Source of the DNA: an uncultured Elusimicrobia bacterium
GTDB lineage: Bacteria > Elusimicrobiota > Elusimicrobia > 2-01-FULL-59-12
DNA: 64,000 bases
Direction: 5' to 3'
Assembly (NCBI GenBank): GCA_963702895.1
Contig: OY969767.1
Location: 448,001-512,000, forward strand
In this document: in pieces, positions 29,022 to 38,476 of the stretch
Numbering within the stretch: the first letter of the stretch is position 1
Layout of the letters: the number at the start of each line of letters is the position of its first letter
Translations under genes and position numbers: made by a program
The notes under the pieces: model-generated
The model's input: only the letters and a program-made list of their open reading frames with translations
The model's database searches: none
Told to the model about the DNA's origin: nothing

Positions 29022-30074
29022 TTAAGAATAGGTATAAGATTTGAGGACGATAAGCCACATGATGGCGAGGACGACCATGGCCCCTAGGGACTTCCCAAAG
29101 GACCCTCCTGGCCGCCTTTTCAGCTGAAGACCCACAATCAGAAGAGAAGTCAGCATGAAGCTGTCCAGCGGTTTCATCCAGAGCGCTTGCATCAAGGTGT
29201 ACCTGCTGCCAGGTTCCGGGTTCACCATGAGGAGAACGATTTTCATAAGCAGGGGAACCATGGCAAGTCCGGTGATTCGAACGGCAACACGGGCTGCCAC
29301 CGAAATGTGAACAACATCAGCAAACACGGCTAAAAACCCTGTGAGCATGGCCCAGGCGCCCATCACCGTGCCTACCGCACGAAGCAGTTCGAGCGCTTGG
29401 TCGGGGCCTTCAAAGATCATAAAACCCACAAGAAGGAACATCATGAAGGAAGCGCTCAGGATTGCCGAGAGCCGCCAAGTTTGAAAATGGGATGTTGAGG
29501 GAAGGCTCAAAGCGGGCACGGTCCCTCTTTCGTCGCCATCCAACTTGGGAGCGTTGCTCAGAAGAGGGAAGAGTGTTTGCTCGGGTCGTTGTGACATCAC
29601 GACGTCCTTCAAATGGATGGACGCCCGCTCGCTTTGGATGCTGCGAACCAGTGACTCCGGCGCAAGCGATAAGACGGGAGGCTCTTCAACGGCACGTGGC
29701 TGGTGGGGCAACTTGAGCAGTCGATGGATCTTTTCCTGCAAGATATCGATGTTGAACGGTTTGAGGAGATAGTCATCCGCGCCCATCATCGAGCCAAGCA
29801 GCTGCTGATTGGGGTGTCTCGCCGCGCCGCTCATCATGATGATCGGCATCGTGGCGGTCTCGGGATTTTCCCGGAAACGTTTCACCATTTGAAATCCGGT
29901 GGCATCGGGGAGCATCACATCCTGGATCACCAGATCAGGTCGGATTTCCTTGGCCTTCTCCCATCCCTCATTTCCGGAACGGACGACGGTCACATCGTGG
30001 CCTTCACTCGAGAGGAAGTCTTGGAGGAGCTGCGTCACCAGGGCGTCATCATCGATCACGAGGATACGGGACAT
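29022..30074 (-). CDS. Response regulator receiver fused to a C-terminal multi-TM domain
   Basis: ILVIDDD..DVMLPD..GADDYLLKPF, then a linker and about 5 hydrophobic segments. Confidence 0.75.
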   Translation of the reverse strand: MSRILVIDDDALVTQLLQDFLSSEGHDVTVVRSGNEGWEKAKEIRPDLVIQDVMLPDATGFQMVKRFRENPETATMPIIMMSGAARHPNQQLLGSMMGADDYLLKPFNIDILQEKIHRLLKLPHQPRAVEEPPVLSLAPESLVRSIQSERASIHLKDVVMSQRPEQTLFPLLSNAPKLDGDERGTVPALSLPSTSHFQTWRLSAILSASFMMFLLVGFMIFEGPDQALELLRAVGTVMGAWAMLTGFLAVFADVVHISVAARVAVRITGLAMVPLLMKIVLLMVNPEPGSRYTLMQALWMKPLDSFMLTSLLIVGLQLKRRPGGSFGKSLGAMVVLAIMWLIVLKSYTYS

Positions 30075-30356
30075 ACGCAACTCATAGGATATCATGCTTT
30101 TGAGCCTTTGGGGTTTCGTGTCCCTGATGAACGAGGCCAGTGGCGCTCAGGCGCATAACCGGCGTTAACTTTCCGCAGTGAAACACCCTATAAGGACAAC
30201 CTGTTTTAACCATGGCTGGATCGACGTCCTCCCGCGCGCTGAACAATGGCCTGGGGCCATTGTGGTAGGAAAAATATGGGAATTAGGCCTTGTCGAGGAT
30301 GGACTTAGAGGAAAGAAGGGGAAAATGGCACCTGGCGCGTCAAGGACCCGACAGCT

Positions 30357-31400
30357 TTAGAGTGTTTGGGTGTCGATGACGAAACGGTAGCGAACATCGC
30401 CCTTGAGGATGCGGTCGTAAGCCTCATTGATTTTGGAAGCGGGGATCACTTCCACGTCCGAATACACTTTGTTCTTGGCGCAATAATCGAGCATTTCCTG
30501 GGTTTCTCGTATTCCTCCGATCAGAGAACCGGCAAGGCGCCGGTTCCCCATGATCAGGGAAAAGGCTTGCAGCTCGGCGGCTTTGGGAGGCGCGCCCACG
30601 AGGACCATCACGCCACCCACCACAAGATGCTCGAGGTAAGCGTTCATATCATGAGGCGCGGAAACCGTGTCCAGAATGAAGTGGTACCGGTCTCTGAGCG
30701 CGGCGAGAACTTCGGGTCCAGAAGCGAGGACAAATTGCTGGGCCCCCAGGCGCCGCGCGTCTGGTCCTTTTTTGGCGGAGGAGCTAAAAACCGTCACGTC
30801 CGCTCCCATGGAAGCCGCGAGCTTCACCGCCATATGCCCCAACCCGCCAAGGCCGATCACGCCCACCTTTTGTCCTTTTCCGACTTTCCATTGCCGCAAG
30901 GGGGAGTAGGTGGTAATGCCCGCGCACAAAAGGGGTGCCGCGCGCTCCAGAGGCATTTTGGGAGGGATCTTGAGCGCGTAGGTCTCATCCACAACGATCT
31001 GGGAGGAATAGCCGCCATACGTAGGCGTTTTCATATCCATTTCGGTGGAGTTATAGGTAAAGGCCGTATGGACAGAGCAATACTGTTGCTGCTGCTTCTT
31101 GCAAGCGGGGCATCTCCGGCAAGAATCCACGAAACAACCCACGCCTGCTGCCGCACCCACTTTAAAGCGTTTGACTTTGGATCCGATACGGGAGACGAGC
31201 CCCACGATCTCATGCCCGGGCACCATGGGGAAGGCTGAGCCTCCCCACTCATCGCGCGCCTGGTGAATGTCCGAGTGACAGATGCCGCAGAAGAGGATGT
31301 CGATGAGGATGTCATGGGGACCCAGTTCGCGCCTGTGGAACGGGTAAGGTTCCAGGGGGCTTCCGGCTTGGTGGGCGGCGTATCCTTTGACGGGAATCAT
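30357..31400 (-). CDS. Zn-dependent NADP alcohol dehydrogenase (CAD family)
   Basis: CGICHSD, GHEIVG, GLGGLG, DVRYRFVID. Confidence 0.93.
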   Translation of the reverse strand: MIPVKGYAAHQAGSPLEPYPFHRRELGPHDILIDILFCGICHSDIHQARDEWGGSAFPMVPGHEIVGLVSRIGSKVKRFKVGAAAGVGCFVDSCRRCPACKKQQQQYCSVHTAFTYNSTEMDMKTPTYGGYSSQIVVDETYALKIPPKMPLERAAPLLCAGITTYSPLRQWKVGKGQKVGVIGLGGLGHMAVKLAASMGADVTVFSSSAKKGPDARRLGAQQFVLASGPEVLAALRDRYHFILDTVSAPHDMNAYLEHLVVGGVMVLVGAPPKAAELQAFSLIMGNRRLAGSLIGGIRETQEMLDYCAKNKVYSDVEVIPASKINEAYDRILKGDVRYRFVIDTQTL

Positions 31401-31411
31401 CGGCGTTTCCT

Positions 31412-32890
31412 CTACTTCTCTGCCGGGGCGGCGGTGAACTCGTAAGCATCATAGCCAGTGAGGGTCGCTTTGACAAATCGGCCGCGCCGCGCGGCAGAGC
31501 GCGGAAGCCGCACCACGGCATCAATCTCAGGGGCTTCGCGGCGCGTGCGGCCCAGCGCCGACTCGCCTTCCGTCTCTTCTAAGAGAATCGTCTCTGTGGT
31601 GCCGATCCGGTTTTGGGCTTTGGTGTGAGCCACGTCATAGTAGGCCTCCGTGAGGGCCTTTAGACGGTTTTGTTTTTCATCTTCCGAGATCTGGTCCGGT
31701 CTTTGGGCGGCCGGGGTCCCCTCTTCCCGGGAGTACGCAAAGGCGCCGAGGTAATCAAAGTGGCCTTCTTTGATGAAGTCGAGAAGGCAGAGAAATTGTT
31801 TTTCCGTTTCGCCGGGCGCGCCCACGATGAACGTCGTCCGAAGGGCGAGCGCCGGCGCCCGGCGGTGGATCGTGTCCAGAAGCTTACGCAAACCCGCTTC
31901 GTCCGTTTTGCGCTTCATCTCGGCGAGCATCCTGGAGTCGATGTGCTGCAGCGGCATATCGAGGTAGGGGAACTTCTCCGGCCTTTCTGCGAGGACGTCA
32001 AGGATCTCTTCCGTCATGGAGGCGGGGTGCATGTACATCAGCCGGACCCAGCGGATGCCGGAGATCTGGGCAAGTTTGCGAAGAAGCGATGGAAGGCCGT
32101 CCGACGTCCGACGTCCGACGTCGGACCTCGGACCTCGGACGCTGAACTGGAAGTCTCTTCCCCAGTCACCGGTGTCCTGGGCAATGAGGGAAAATTCTTC
32201 CACGCCAAGTCCCGCCAGCTCCCGGGCTTCTCTCAAAATGGTTTCTTCGGAGCGGCTTTGGACAGGGCCGCGCAGGCGCGGGATGACGCAAAAAGAACAA
32301 GGATGACGGCAACCTTCGGAGAGACGCAGATAGGCGCTCGCTGCGCGTTGTGTCTCCTTCTCCCGCGGGGACGCGGGAGAAGGTTGGGATGAGGGCGAGA
32401 TTGTGCCCTCACCCTGCGCCCTCCCACCTACGACTGGTGGGACTGGCGCGCTATAGGAAATTACGGGAGCGCCGGTCTCCCGTCTTACGCCGGGAGAGGG
32501 AAAATCCATGAACCCGCCGGGCTTGGCGCGGTCCAGAAAACGCGTCTTGGGTCTTTCCAGGAGCTCCGCGACCTGTCCCAGCTGGCCGGTTCCAAGGAAG
32601 GCGTCCACTTCCGGCATCTCCTGGAAGATCTCGTCCCCGTGCTGCTGGACAAGGCACCCGGTCACATAGAGTTTTTTGCCGACCCCCTTCAGGCGCGCGG
32701 CTTCCAGGATGGTATGAATGGACTCTTTCTTGGCCGCTTCGATGAAGGAGCAGGTATGGACGACGATGGCATCCGCGTCTTCCGCGTTTTCCACGACACC
32801 GTGCCCGCGCGCGCGCAGCACCCGCGATAGATGGTCGGTATCGGCCGTGTTTTTGGCGCAGCCGAGGGTCAGGATGGCGACTTTGCTCAT
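31412..32890 (-). CDS. rimO: Ribosomal protein S12 methylthiotransferase RimO with two repeat-derived in-frame insertions
   Basis: TLGCAKN, TCSFIEAAKKES, GCRHPCSFC, PYLDMPLQH, APEID. Confidence 0.92.
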   Translation of the reverse strand: MSKVAILTLGCAKNTADTDHLSRVLRARGHGVVENAEDADAIVVHTCSFIEAAKKESIHTILEAARLKGVGKKLYVTGCLVQQHGDEIFQEMPEVDAFLGTGQLGQVAELLERPKTRFLDRAKPGGFMDFPSPGVRRETGAPVISYSAPVPPVVGGRAQGEGTISPSSQPSPASPREKETQRAASAYLRLSEGCRHPCSFCVIPRLRGPVQSRSEETILREARELAGLGVEEFSLIAQDTGDWGRDFQFSVRGPRSDVGRRTSDGLPSLLRKLAQISGIRWVRLMYMHPASMTEEILDVLAERPEKFPYLDMPLQHIDSRMLAEMKRKTDEAGLRKLLDTIHRRAPALALRTTFIVGAPGETEKQFLCLLDFIKEGHFDYLGAFAYSREEGTPAAQRPDQISEDEKQNRLKALTEAYYDVAHTKAQNRIGTTETILLEETEGESALGRTRREAPEIDAVVRLPRSAARRGRFVKATLTGYDAYEFTAAPAEK

Positions 32891-33125
32891 GATCAGTCTG
32901 GGTTCTTCGACGAAGGCGCCTATTTTATCACATCGGTCGTGGCCTGTCGGAGTTCGTGTCCATCGCGCGCGAAGGGGCGGGTCTGGCAGCGAGCATGGAA
33001 TTCGCCAGGCCGTCGATGGTTGGGCGGAAATCACTCCCCACCGCAGGTGGGGGATGGGGGGCACGCCCAACCGAGACGGCGCCGAGAATTCCTCTGCTCG
33101 CAGAAGACCCCGCCCTTTCGTAGGA

Positions 33126-34226
33126 CTAGATTAGAGCGCTAACGGCTTGGCCGACTTCTTCGGTCGTGGCAGGCCTGCCCGCCGAAGCCTTGGCGAAGGC
33201 GGGTTTGAGATCAGCGGTCACTTTGCCGGAGGTCAGCACTTTTTCGATGGCCGCGTTGACCGCGTTGGCTTCTTTCGTAAGGCCAAAACTGTACTCGAGC
33301 ATGGCAGCCACTGAGCCGATCGCGCCAAGAGGATTGGCTTTGTTCTGGCCGGCGATGTCCGGAGCCGATCCATGGACCGGCTCGTAGAGCCCCACCCAGA
33401 CGCCAGGGCGCTTGGCGTCCCCGATCGAGGCTGACGAGAGCATCCCGATGGAGCCGGCGAGCACCGCGCCTTCGTCGCTCAGGATATCGCCAAACAAGTT
33501 TTCCATAAGCACCACGTCAAAGCGTTTAGGGTTTAAGATGAACTGCATCGCGCAATTGTCGACCAAGATGTGCTCCAGGGCGACATCGGCAAAGTCTTTC
33601 GAGACCTCCGTGACCACCTTCCGCCAAAGTTGGGAGACTTCCAGGACGTTCGATTTGTCGACGCTGGCGAGTTTCTTGCGGCGCTTGCGCGCGAGCCCAA
33701 AGGCCATCTTGGCCACGCGCTCGATTTCCGCTCGGGTGTAGGCCATGGTGTTGACGCCGCGCTCCTCGGGGCCCGATCCCGAGATGCCGCGCGGCGTGCC
33801 GTAGTACAGGCCGCCCGTGAGCTCCCGGACGATGATCATGTCGACGCCGTCGACCAGATTGTTTTTGAGGGGGGAAGAATCGAGAAGCGCTTTGTACGAG
33901 CGCACGGGCCGAAGGTTGGCGTAGACCTTGAGGGTCTTCCGTATGCCCAGAAGCCCCTTCTCCGGGCGCTTCTCCGGCGGCGCGCTGTCAAATTCGGGAA
34001 GGCCAACCGCCCCCATGAGCGTAGCGTCCGCTTCGAGCGCTAGCTTTTCTGTTTCGGGTGGAAAGGGGTTTCCCGTCTTGTGAATGGCGATCCCGCCGAG
34101 CAGGCCTTCCTTAAGGGAAAGCTTGTGTCCAAACTTGGACGCGACGCGCTCCAGGACCCGGACGGCCTCGCGGGTCACCTCGACCCCAATGCCGTCTCCC
34201 GGCAACACCAGAATGTTCATTTCCAT
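33126..34226 (-). CDS. leuB: 3-isopropylmalate dehydrogenase
   Basis: GDGIG, RELTGGLYYG, ENLFGDILSD, EPVHGSAPDIAG. Confidence 0.95.
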   Translation of the reverse strand: MEMNILVLPGDGIGVEVTREAVRVLERVASKFGHKLSLKEGLLGGIAIHKTGNPFPPETEKLALEADATLMGAVGLPEFDSAPPEKRPEKGLLGIRKTLKVYANLRPVRSYKALLDSSPLKNNLVDGVDMIIVRELTGGLYYGTPRGISGSGPEERGVNTMAYTRAEIERVAKMAFGLARKRRKKLASVDKSNVLEVSQLWRKVVTEVSKDFADVALEHILVDNCAMQFILNPKRFDVVLMENLFGDILSDEGAVLAGSIGMLSSASIGDAKRPGVWVGLYEPVHGSAPDIAGQNKANPLGAIGSVAAMLEYSFGLTKEANAVNAAIEKVLTSGKVTADLKPAFAKASAGRPATTEEVGQAVSALI

Positions 34227-34258
34227 AGGCTGGTCATTATAACTGGGCAAATCGGAAA

Positions 34259-34456
34259 TTAGTCTCTCTTGGATTGGCGGCGTATCGCATGAGCGAGAGC
34301 GCGCAGAGCGTTGTTGACCGACTTGGAGTCTGGAAAGAGTTTCGCTATGCCAGGCTCAAGAACAATGATATTGGTCCCACGAGCATAGCGCTTAGCGTAT
34401 TTCCCTCGCGTCCCCTTGCGGAAATCATATTCGCGAAGCATTTCTGAATGTTTCAT
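34259..34456 (-). CDS. Putative antitoxin partner of BrnT
   Basis: EYDF..G.RGKY..FPDS.SVN.ALR; directly downstream of BrnT. Confidence 0.75.
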   Translation of the reverse strand: MKHSEMLREYDFRKGTRGKYAKRYARGTNIIVLEPGIAKLFPDSKSVNNALRALAHAIRRQSKRD

Positions 34457-34457
34457 T

Positions 34458-34745
34458 TTAACCTTCTTCATAAATGGCCTTTTCGTGTCGTGATGCTTCC
34501 CGCGCTGAGATGATTCTGACAGCATTCCCATTTTCAGTGTGGACGACGACCACCACAGTTCGAAGCCGGTACGACAGGCCTATTATGACAAAACGATCTT
34601 CGTAAATGGAGTGTAGCGGATCAGGGATTGTCATCGAATGCGGGTCGCCGAATACCGTGCTTGCCTCTTCAAAAGACACCCCATGCTTCTTTCGATTGCT
34701 TCTGGCTTTCTCAGAATCCCACTCGAATCGTAAGTTCAATGCCAT
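34458..34745 (-). CDS. BrnT (DUF497) family toxin
   Basis: FEWD..K...N.KKHGVSFEEA..RIISAR.A. Confidence 0.92.
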   Translation of the reverse strand: MALNLRFEWDSEKARSNRKKHGVSFEEASTVFGDPHSMTIPDPLHSIYEDRFVIIGLSYRLRTVVVVVHTENGNAVRIISAREASRHEKAIYEEG

Positions 34746-34826
34746 GTCTCCCTTGCGCGATGAAAGTCTCTCTATCTCTTAGATGCAAAAAACAGAGAAA
34801 TATTCACGATATTTGGGTGAATCGAG

Positions 34827-34872
34827 CTAAATGAGAAATTCGGCCCAGAGGAAGGCGAGATCGGAGGCTTGG
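34827..34872 (-). pseudogene. Remnant copy of the xth 3' end
   Basis: Encodes QASDLAFLWAEFLI*, compared with xth QASDHTFLWAEFDR*. Confidence 0.7.
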
Positions 34873-34988
34873 CTGCCGTGCCCGGTCATTCCGCTCGAGA
34901 ACCTCTTTAGGGCAAATAGCCATTGACAGCCCATGGCGCTACTCCTAGACTTGCTGGGTCATTTGAAATACGACGAGAGGAGCCATCC

Positions 34989-35570
34989 ATGAGCACAACG
35001 ATCTGGTCTCATCCTCACTATGTGTTACAGCAAAAACTGTTTTCCATGTTTCATACCGAGTTCCGTATCATGGACCCGCAAGGGGCTCCGATTCTTTTCG
35101 CGAAGATGAAAGCGTTCAAGTTAAAGGAAGATCTCCGCATTTTCTTCGATGAAGCGATGACCCAAGAGGCGATGGTGATGAAGGCCCGGCGCATCCTTGA
35201 TTTCGGGGCAACCTATGATGTGATGGACCCTGCCACGAATCAGCGCATCGGAACGCTGCGTCGAAAAGGCATCAAGTCCATGATTCGTGATGAATGGGCC
35301 ATCCTGAACTTTGATGACCAGCCCATCGGGACGATTGAGGAAGATAGCTGGCTGTTGGCACTCATTCGACGATTTTTGTGGAGCCTCATGCCGCAACATT
35401 ACCACGCGACCGTCAACGGTCAGCCGGTGGCTCACTTCCATCGCCACATCAGCTTCCTGACCATGAAGATGACGATGAACGTTCTGCCTTCGGGAGCCGG
35501 GCAGATCGATCCCCGGGTGATGGTGGCGGCCATGCTGCTGCTCTCGGCTATAGAAGGCCGGCAAAGTTAG
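34989..35570 (+). CDS. LURP-one/scramblase-like protein
   Basis: K.FKLKEDLRIF..KARRILDFGATYDV..G.L.RKG.KS. Confidence 0.7.
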   Translation: MSTTIWSHPHYVLQQKLFSMFHTEFRIMDPQGAPILFAKMKAFKLKEDLRIFFDEAMTQEAMVMKARRILDFGATYDVMDPATNQRIGTLRRKGIKSMIRDEWAILNFDDQPIGTIEEDSWLLALIRRFLWSLMPQHYHATVNGQPVAHFHRHISFLTMKMTMNVLPSGAGQIDPRVMVAAMLLLSAIEGRQS

Positions 35571-35572
35571 GT

Positions 35573-36676
35573 TTACTTCGTCGCGGGTGGTTGAAAGCTT
35601 TTGCAACGTCTTTTGAAATCTTCCCAATGGATGGCGGGTGCCCGCGTGGTGGGCGGCAATGTCTTCAGGGCTTCCTTCAGGTAGAGCGCGCGATTCTGGT
35701 CCGCTGGGTGCGTGGAAAAGTACTGAAGCCAACCCTGTTGACTGCTTGTCCCTGTTCGCTCAAAGAACCGGACCATGCCTGATCCTCCAAGCTGAGCTTT
35801 TCTCAGGAGTTCCAGCCCGCCGAGATCCGCTTCTTTTTCCTGGCTGCGAGAAAACTGGAGATCGGACAGGTCGGAAAGGAGTTCAGCCGCGCGGCTTCCA
35901 CTCAAGAGAGCATCGAGGAGCAGGCTAAAACCGTACTTGTTCACGATTTGGTGCAGCGAGTGGCGCTCCAAGACATGTTGAATCTCATGGGCCAGGACAC
36001 CCGCCAGCTCTTCGGGTGTTTCGGCCGCTTCGATCAAACCCGTATGAACGTAAATAGAGCCTCCTGGAACTGCAAAGGCGTTCACGGTCTTCTTGGGGAC
36101 CACGCGAAAACGGAAATCGTAGCGCAGGAGCGTCTCGCTCCCCGCGACCTGCTTTCCCAGCCGTTCAATTTGATCTTGAACAAAAGCGTCTTGAACAGCC
36201 TGCATCTCAAAGCCTTTTCCAAGGTAGTGGCCCAGCTTCTTCTCCCAGGCCACCGGCATAAGGTTTGCTGCGGAAAAGAGGAGCACACGATACGCGATGA
36301 AAAGGGCAATCGACCCTCCCGCCAGCGTGAGTCCGAAGCGGACCCGGTACTTCCATCGGGATGTGAATCGTCCGAGGCGCATCTCACGGATCCGGTCTTT
36401 CATCGGGTAAAGAGCAGGATGCGCGATATCGTCCAAACCGCGTTCCGCATCGGGTCCAAGGTAGACGCGCACTCCTTTTGGATGACGTGAACAGAGAATA
36501 ATCTGGTTTTTCTCAGCTCCTCCAAGTTGGAGTTCGAGTCCTGATAAGGGGAGGCGCATGGAAGGCTTTCCGGAGACTTCCACCAGGGCGTGATCGAACA
36601 CCCACTCCAGTGTCGCTGGCAGGGGTTGATCGGGAGGATGGCCGTCTACGCCGAAAACGGTGACGTTATGTTTCAT
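35573..36676 (-). CDS. M48 family Zn metallopeptidase
   Basis: NAFAVPGG, LAHEIQH, SRSQEKEAD, STHP. Confidence 0.9.
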   Translation of the reverse strand: MKHNVTVFGVDGHPPDQPLPATLEWVFDHALVEVSGKPSMRLPLSGLELQLGGAEKNQIILCSRHPKGVRVYLGPDAERGLDDIAHPALYPMKDRIREMRLGRFTSRWKYRVRFGLTLAGGSIALFIAYRVLLFSAANLMPVAWEKKLGHYLGKGFEMQAVQDAFVQDQIERLGKQVAGSETLLRYDFRFRVVPKKTVNAFAVPGGSIYVHTGLIEAAETPEELAGVLAHEIQHVLERHSLHQIVNKYGFSLLLDALLSGSRAAELLSDLSDLQFSRSQEKEADLGGLELLRKAQLGGSGMVRFFERTGTSSQQGWLQYFSTHPADQNRALYLKEALKTLPPTTRAPAIHWEDFKRRCKSFQPPATK

Positions 36677-36774
36677 GACAAGCTCAGGCGCCTTTCCTGG
36701 CACCCTTCATTTTCTGTTCCTTTGCCGGATACCGCACTCCTTGCGGGTGCGGAGGAGGCGCCGTCATACGACCG

Positions 36775-36850
36775 TGCCCTCACCCTCGGCTCTTGCTGCG
36801 CTCGGCCTCTCCCTCTCCCGCGTGCACGCGGGAGAGGGTGGGGTGAGGGC
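36775..36850. repeat. Palindromic repeat (CCCTCACCC/CCTCTCCC..GGGAGAGGG family)
   Basis: gccctcaccc..cctctccc..gggagaggg..ggggtgagggc. Confidence 0.75.
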
Positions 36851-36889
36851 AGAGATGCCGCAGGCCTTGTGCCTGCGGAGTTTCACTTT

Positions 36890-37174
36890 TTAAGCGCTCT
36901 TTTTGTGCCATTCCTCGAGTTTTTCGGCCAGGATGGAGTGGATGAGGGTTTGGTAGGGCATATGTTTTCTTGCCGCCATCGTACGCAATCCTTCGAGTAA
37001 ACTAAGGTCGACCCGAATAGAGATAAGGTGTTTCATCGGACGAGCAAACTCTACCTTGACAAGGTTTTCTTTTTTCATAAGGGACGAAGTGTCATGCGTG
37101 TCCCAGAAGTTGGCCTCTTCTTCATAGGACTTGAATTTCGGAATCTTATTGGGTAGTGGTTTCAATCTTTTCAT
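36890..37174 (-). CDS. CopG/BrnA-like antitoxin
   Basis: IPKFKS.EEEA.FWDTHD..ISIR..PYQTLI. Confidence 0.88.
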   Translation of the reverse strand: MKRLKPLPNKIPKFKSYEEEANFWDTHDTSSLMKKENLVKVEFARPMKHLISIRVDLSLLEGLRTMAARKHMPYQTLIHSILAEKLEEWHKKSA

Positions 37175-37437
37175 AGGAGTTGTTGATAGCGTTTTCGTTC
37201 CGTGTAGGTCATATCGAGGGCCGTAATAACTCGGGCAAGTCCGTTGCCGAGCATCTTGATAGCGGCTGAGACATACCGCCCTGCGCTGGTCCTGCCGTAA
37301 AGCATATACAGTCCTGAATAAGATCTCACCATACGATACGGCTCTTGAAGGGTTTCATCTACTTCGTCCTGGCTTATCCCGTGGCGCAAGACGTGCCCGA
37401 TATTCTCCGAGTCCCACCTGAAGCAGACAACCCTCAC
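37171..37437 (-). CDS. BrnT-like toxin
   Basis: FRWD..N..H...HGI...E..E; GRT..GRY; ARVITA..M...E. Confidence 0.85.
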   Translation of the reverse strand: MRVVCFRWDSENIGHVLRHGISQDEVDETLQEPYRMVRSYSGLYMLYGRTSAGRYVSAAIKMLGNGLARVITALDMTYTERKRYQQLL

Positions 37438-37690
37438 GACTTTCCCCTTGATTGTATGTGTATATACATTGCATTACAAGCCCATACGGACGAATCCTCC
37501 TCTCCCTTAGATGCAAAACACCGGAAAATATTCACGACTTTTTTAAATTCTGGAGAGGCGGCAGCCCAGAAAGGCGGCCCCCCGGAGTATCGGCAAGCCA
37601 GAGAGGCGGGGAGTGGAGGACCTCATGTAAAAGAGTACCTATCGCCGATGTTCAGGAACGCCGACATTCTGGAGTGCCGAAGTTCCGGGG

Positions 37691-38476
37691 CTAGCGATCG
37701 AATTCGGCCCAGAGGAAGGTGTGGTCGGAGGCTTGCGGGGCTTGGCGGGGAGCCGTGTCCACTTCGACTTTCGTGCAGCGCTCGGCGAGGGGCCGGGTGG
37801 CCAGGATATGGTCGATGCGCCAGCCGAGGTTGGCTTCCAGAGCGGTTTTGCCGCCGGAGCGGAAGCGGTAGTCCCAGAAGGTGAACTGCTGCTTGCCGGG
37901 ATGGAGCTTCAGGAACACGTCCTCAAATCCCCAGCTTAGCGTATCGGCGTAGGCCCGTTTGGCGTCTTCATGAAAGCAGACGTGATCCCGATGCTCTTCG
38001 GGATGATGGACATCGAGGTCGCGCGGGGCGACATTCATGTCGCCGCACCAGATGACGGGGTCGTCCGGTTTGAGATGCTTCGCAAAGTAGGTCCGGAGTC
38101 GTTTAAACCATTCCAGTTTATACGCGTATTTGGGAGACTCCAAGAGATGGCCTTGCGGAATGTACGTGTTCACGACAGAAAAGGCTGCAAATTGGGCGTG
38201 CGCGAGCCGCGGTTCGTCCGAATCGGGACCGTCGCCCAAACCAAAACGGACGGATTCGGGCTTTGTCCGACTCAAGATCGCCACGCCGTTATAAGACTTC
38301 ATGCCGCGAAAGGCGACGTAGTAGCCGGCCTCATCAAAAGGCTCTTGCGGGAATTGGTGGTCCTGGACTTTGGTTTCCTGTACGCAGAGGACGTCGGGTT
38401 GATGTTGTTGGAGCCAGTCGAGGATCGCATTCTGGCGCATCCGGATCGAATTCGCGTTAAACGTCGCCAGTTTCAC
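37691..38476 (-). CDS. xth: Exodeoxyribonuclease III
   Basis: TFNANS, VQETK, YNGVAILS, CGDMN, WRIDHIL, SDH. Confidence 0.95.
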   Translation of the reverse strand: MKLATFNANSIRMRQNAILDWLQQHQPDVLCVQETKVQDHQFPQEPFDEAGYYVAFRGMKSYNGVAILSRTKPESVRFGLGDGPDSDEPRLAHAQFAAFSVVNTYIPQGHLLESPKYAYKLEWFKRLRTYFAKHLKPDDPVIWCGDMNVAPRDLDVHHPEEHRDHVCFHEDAKRAYADTLSWGFEDVFLKLHPGKQQFTFWDYRFRSGGKTALEANLGWRIDHILATRPLAERCTKVEVDTAPRQAPQASDHTFLWAEFDR

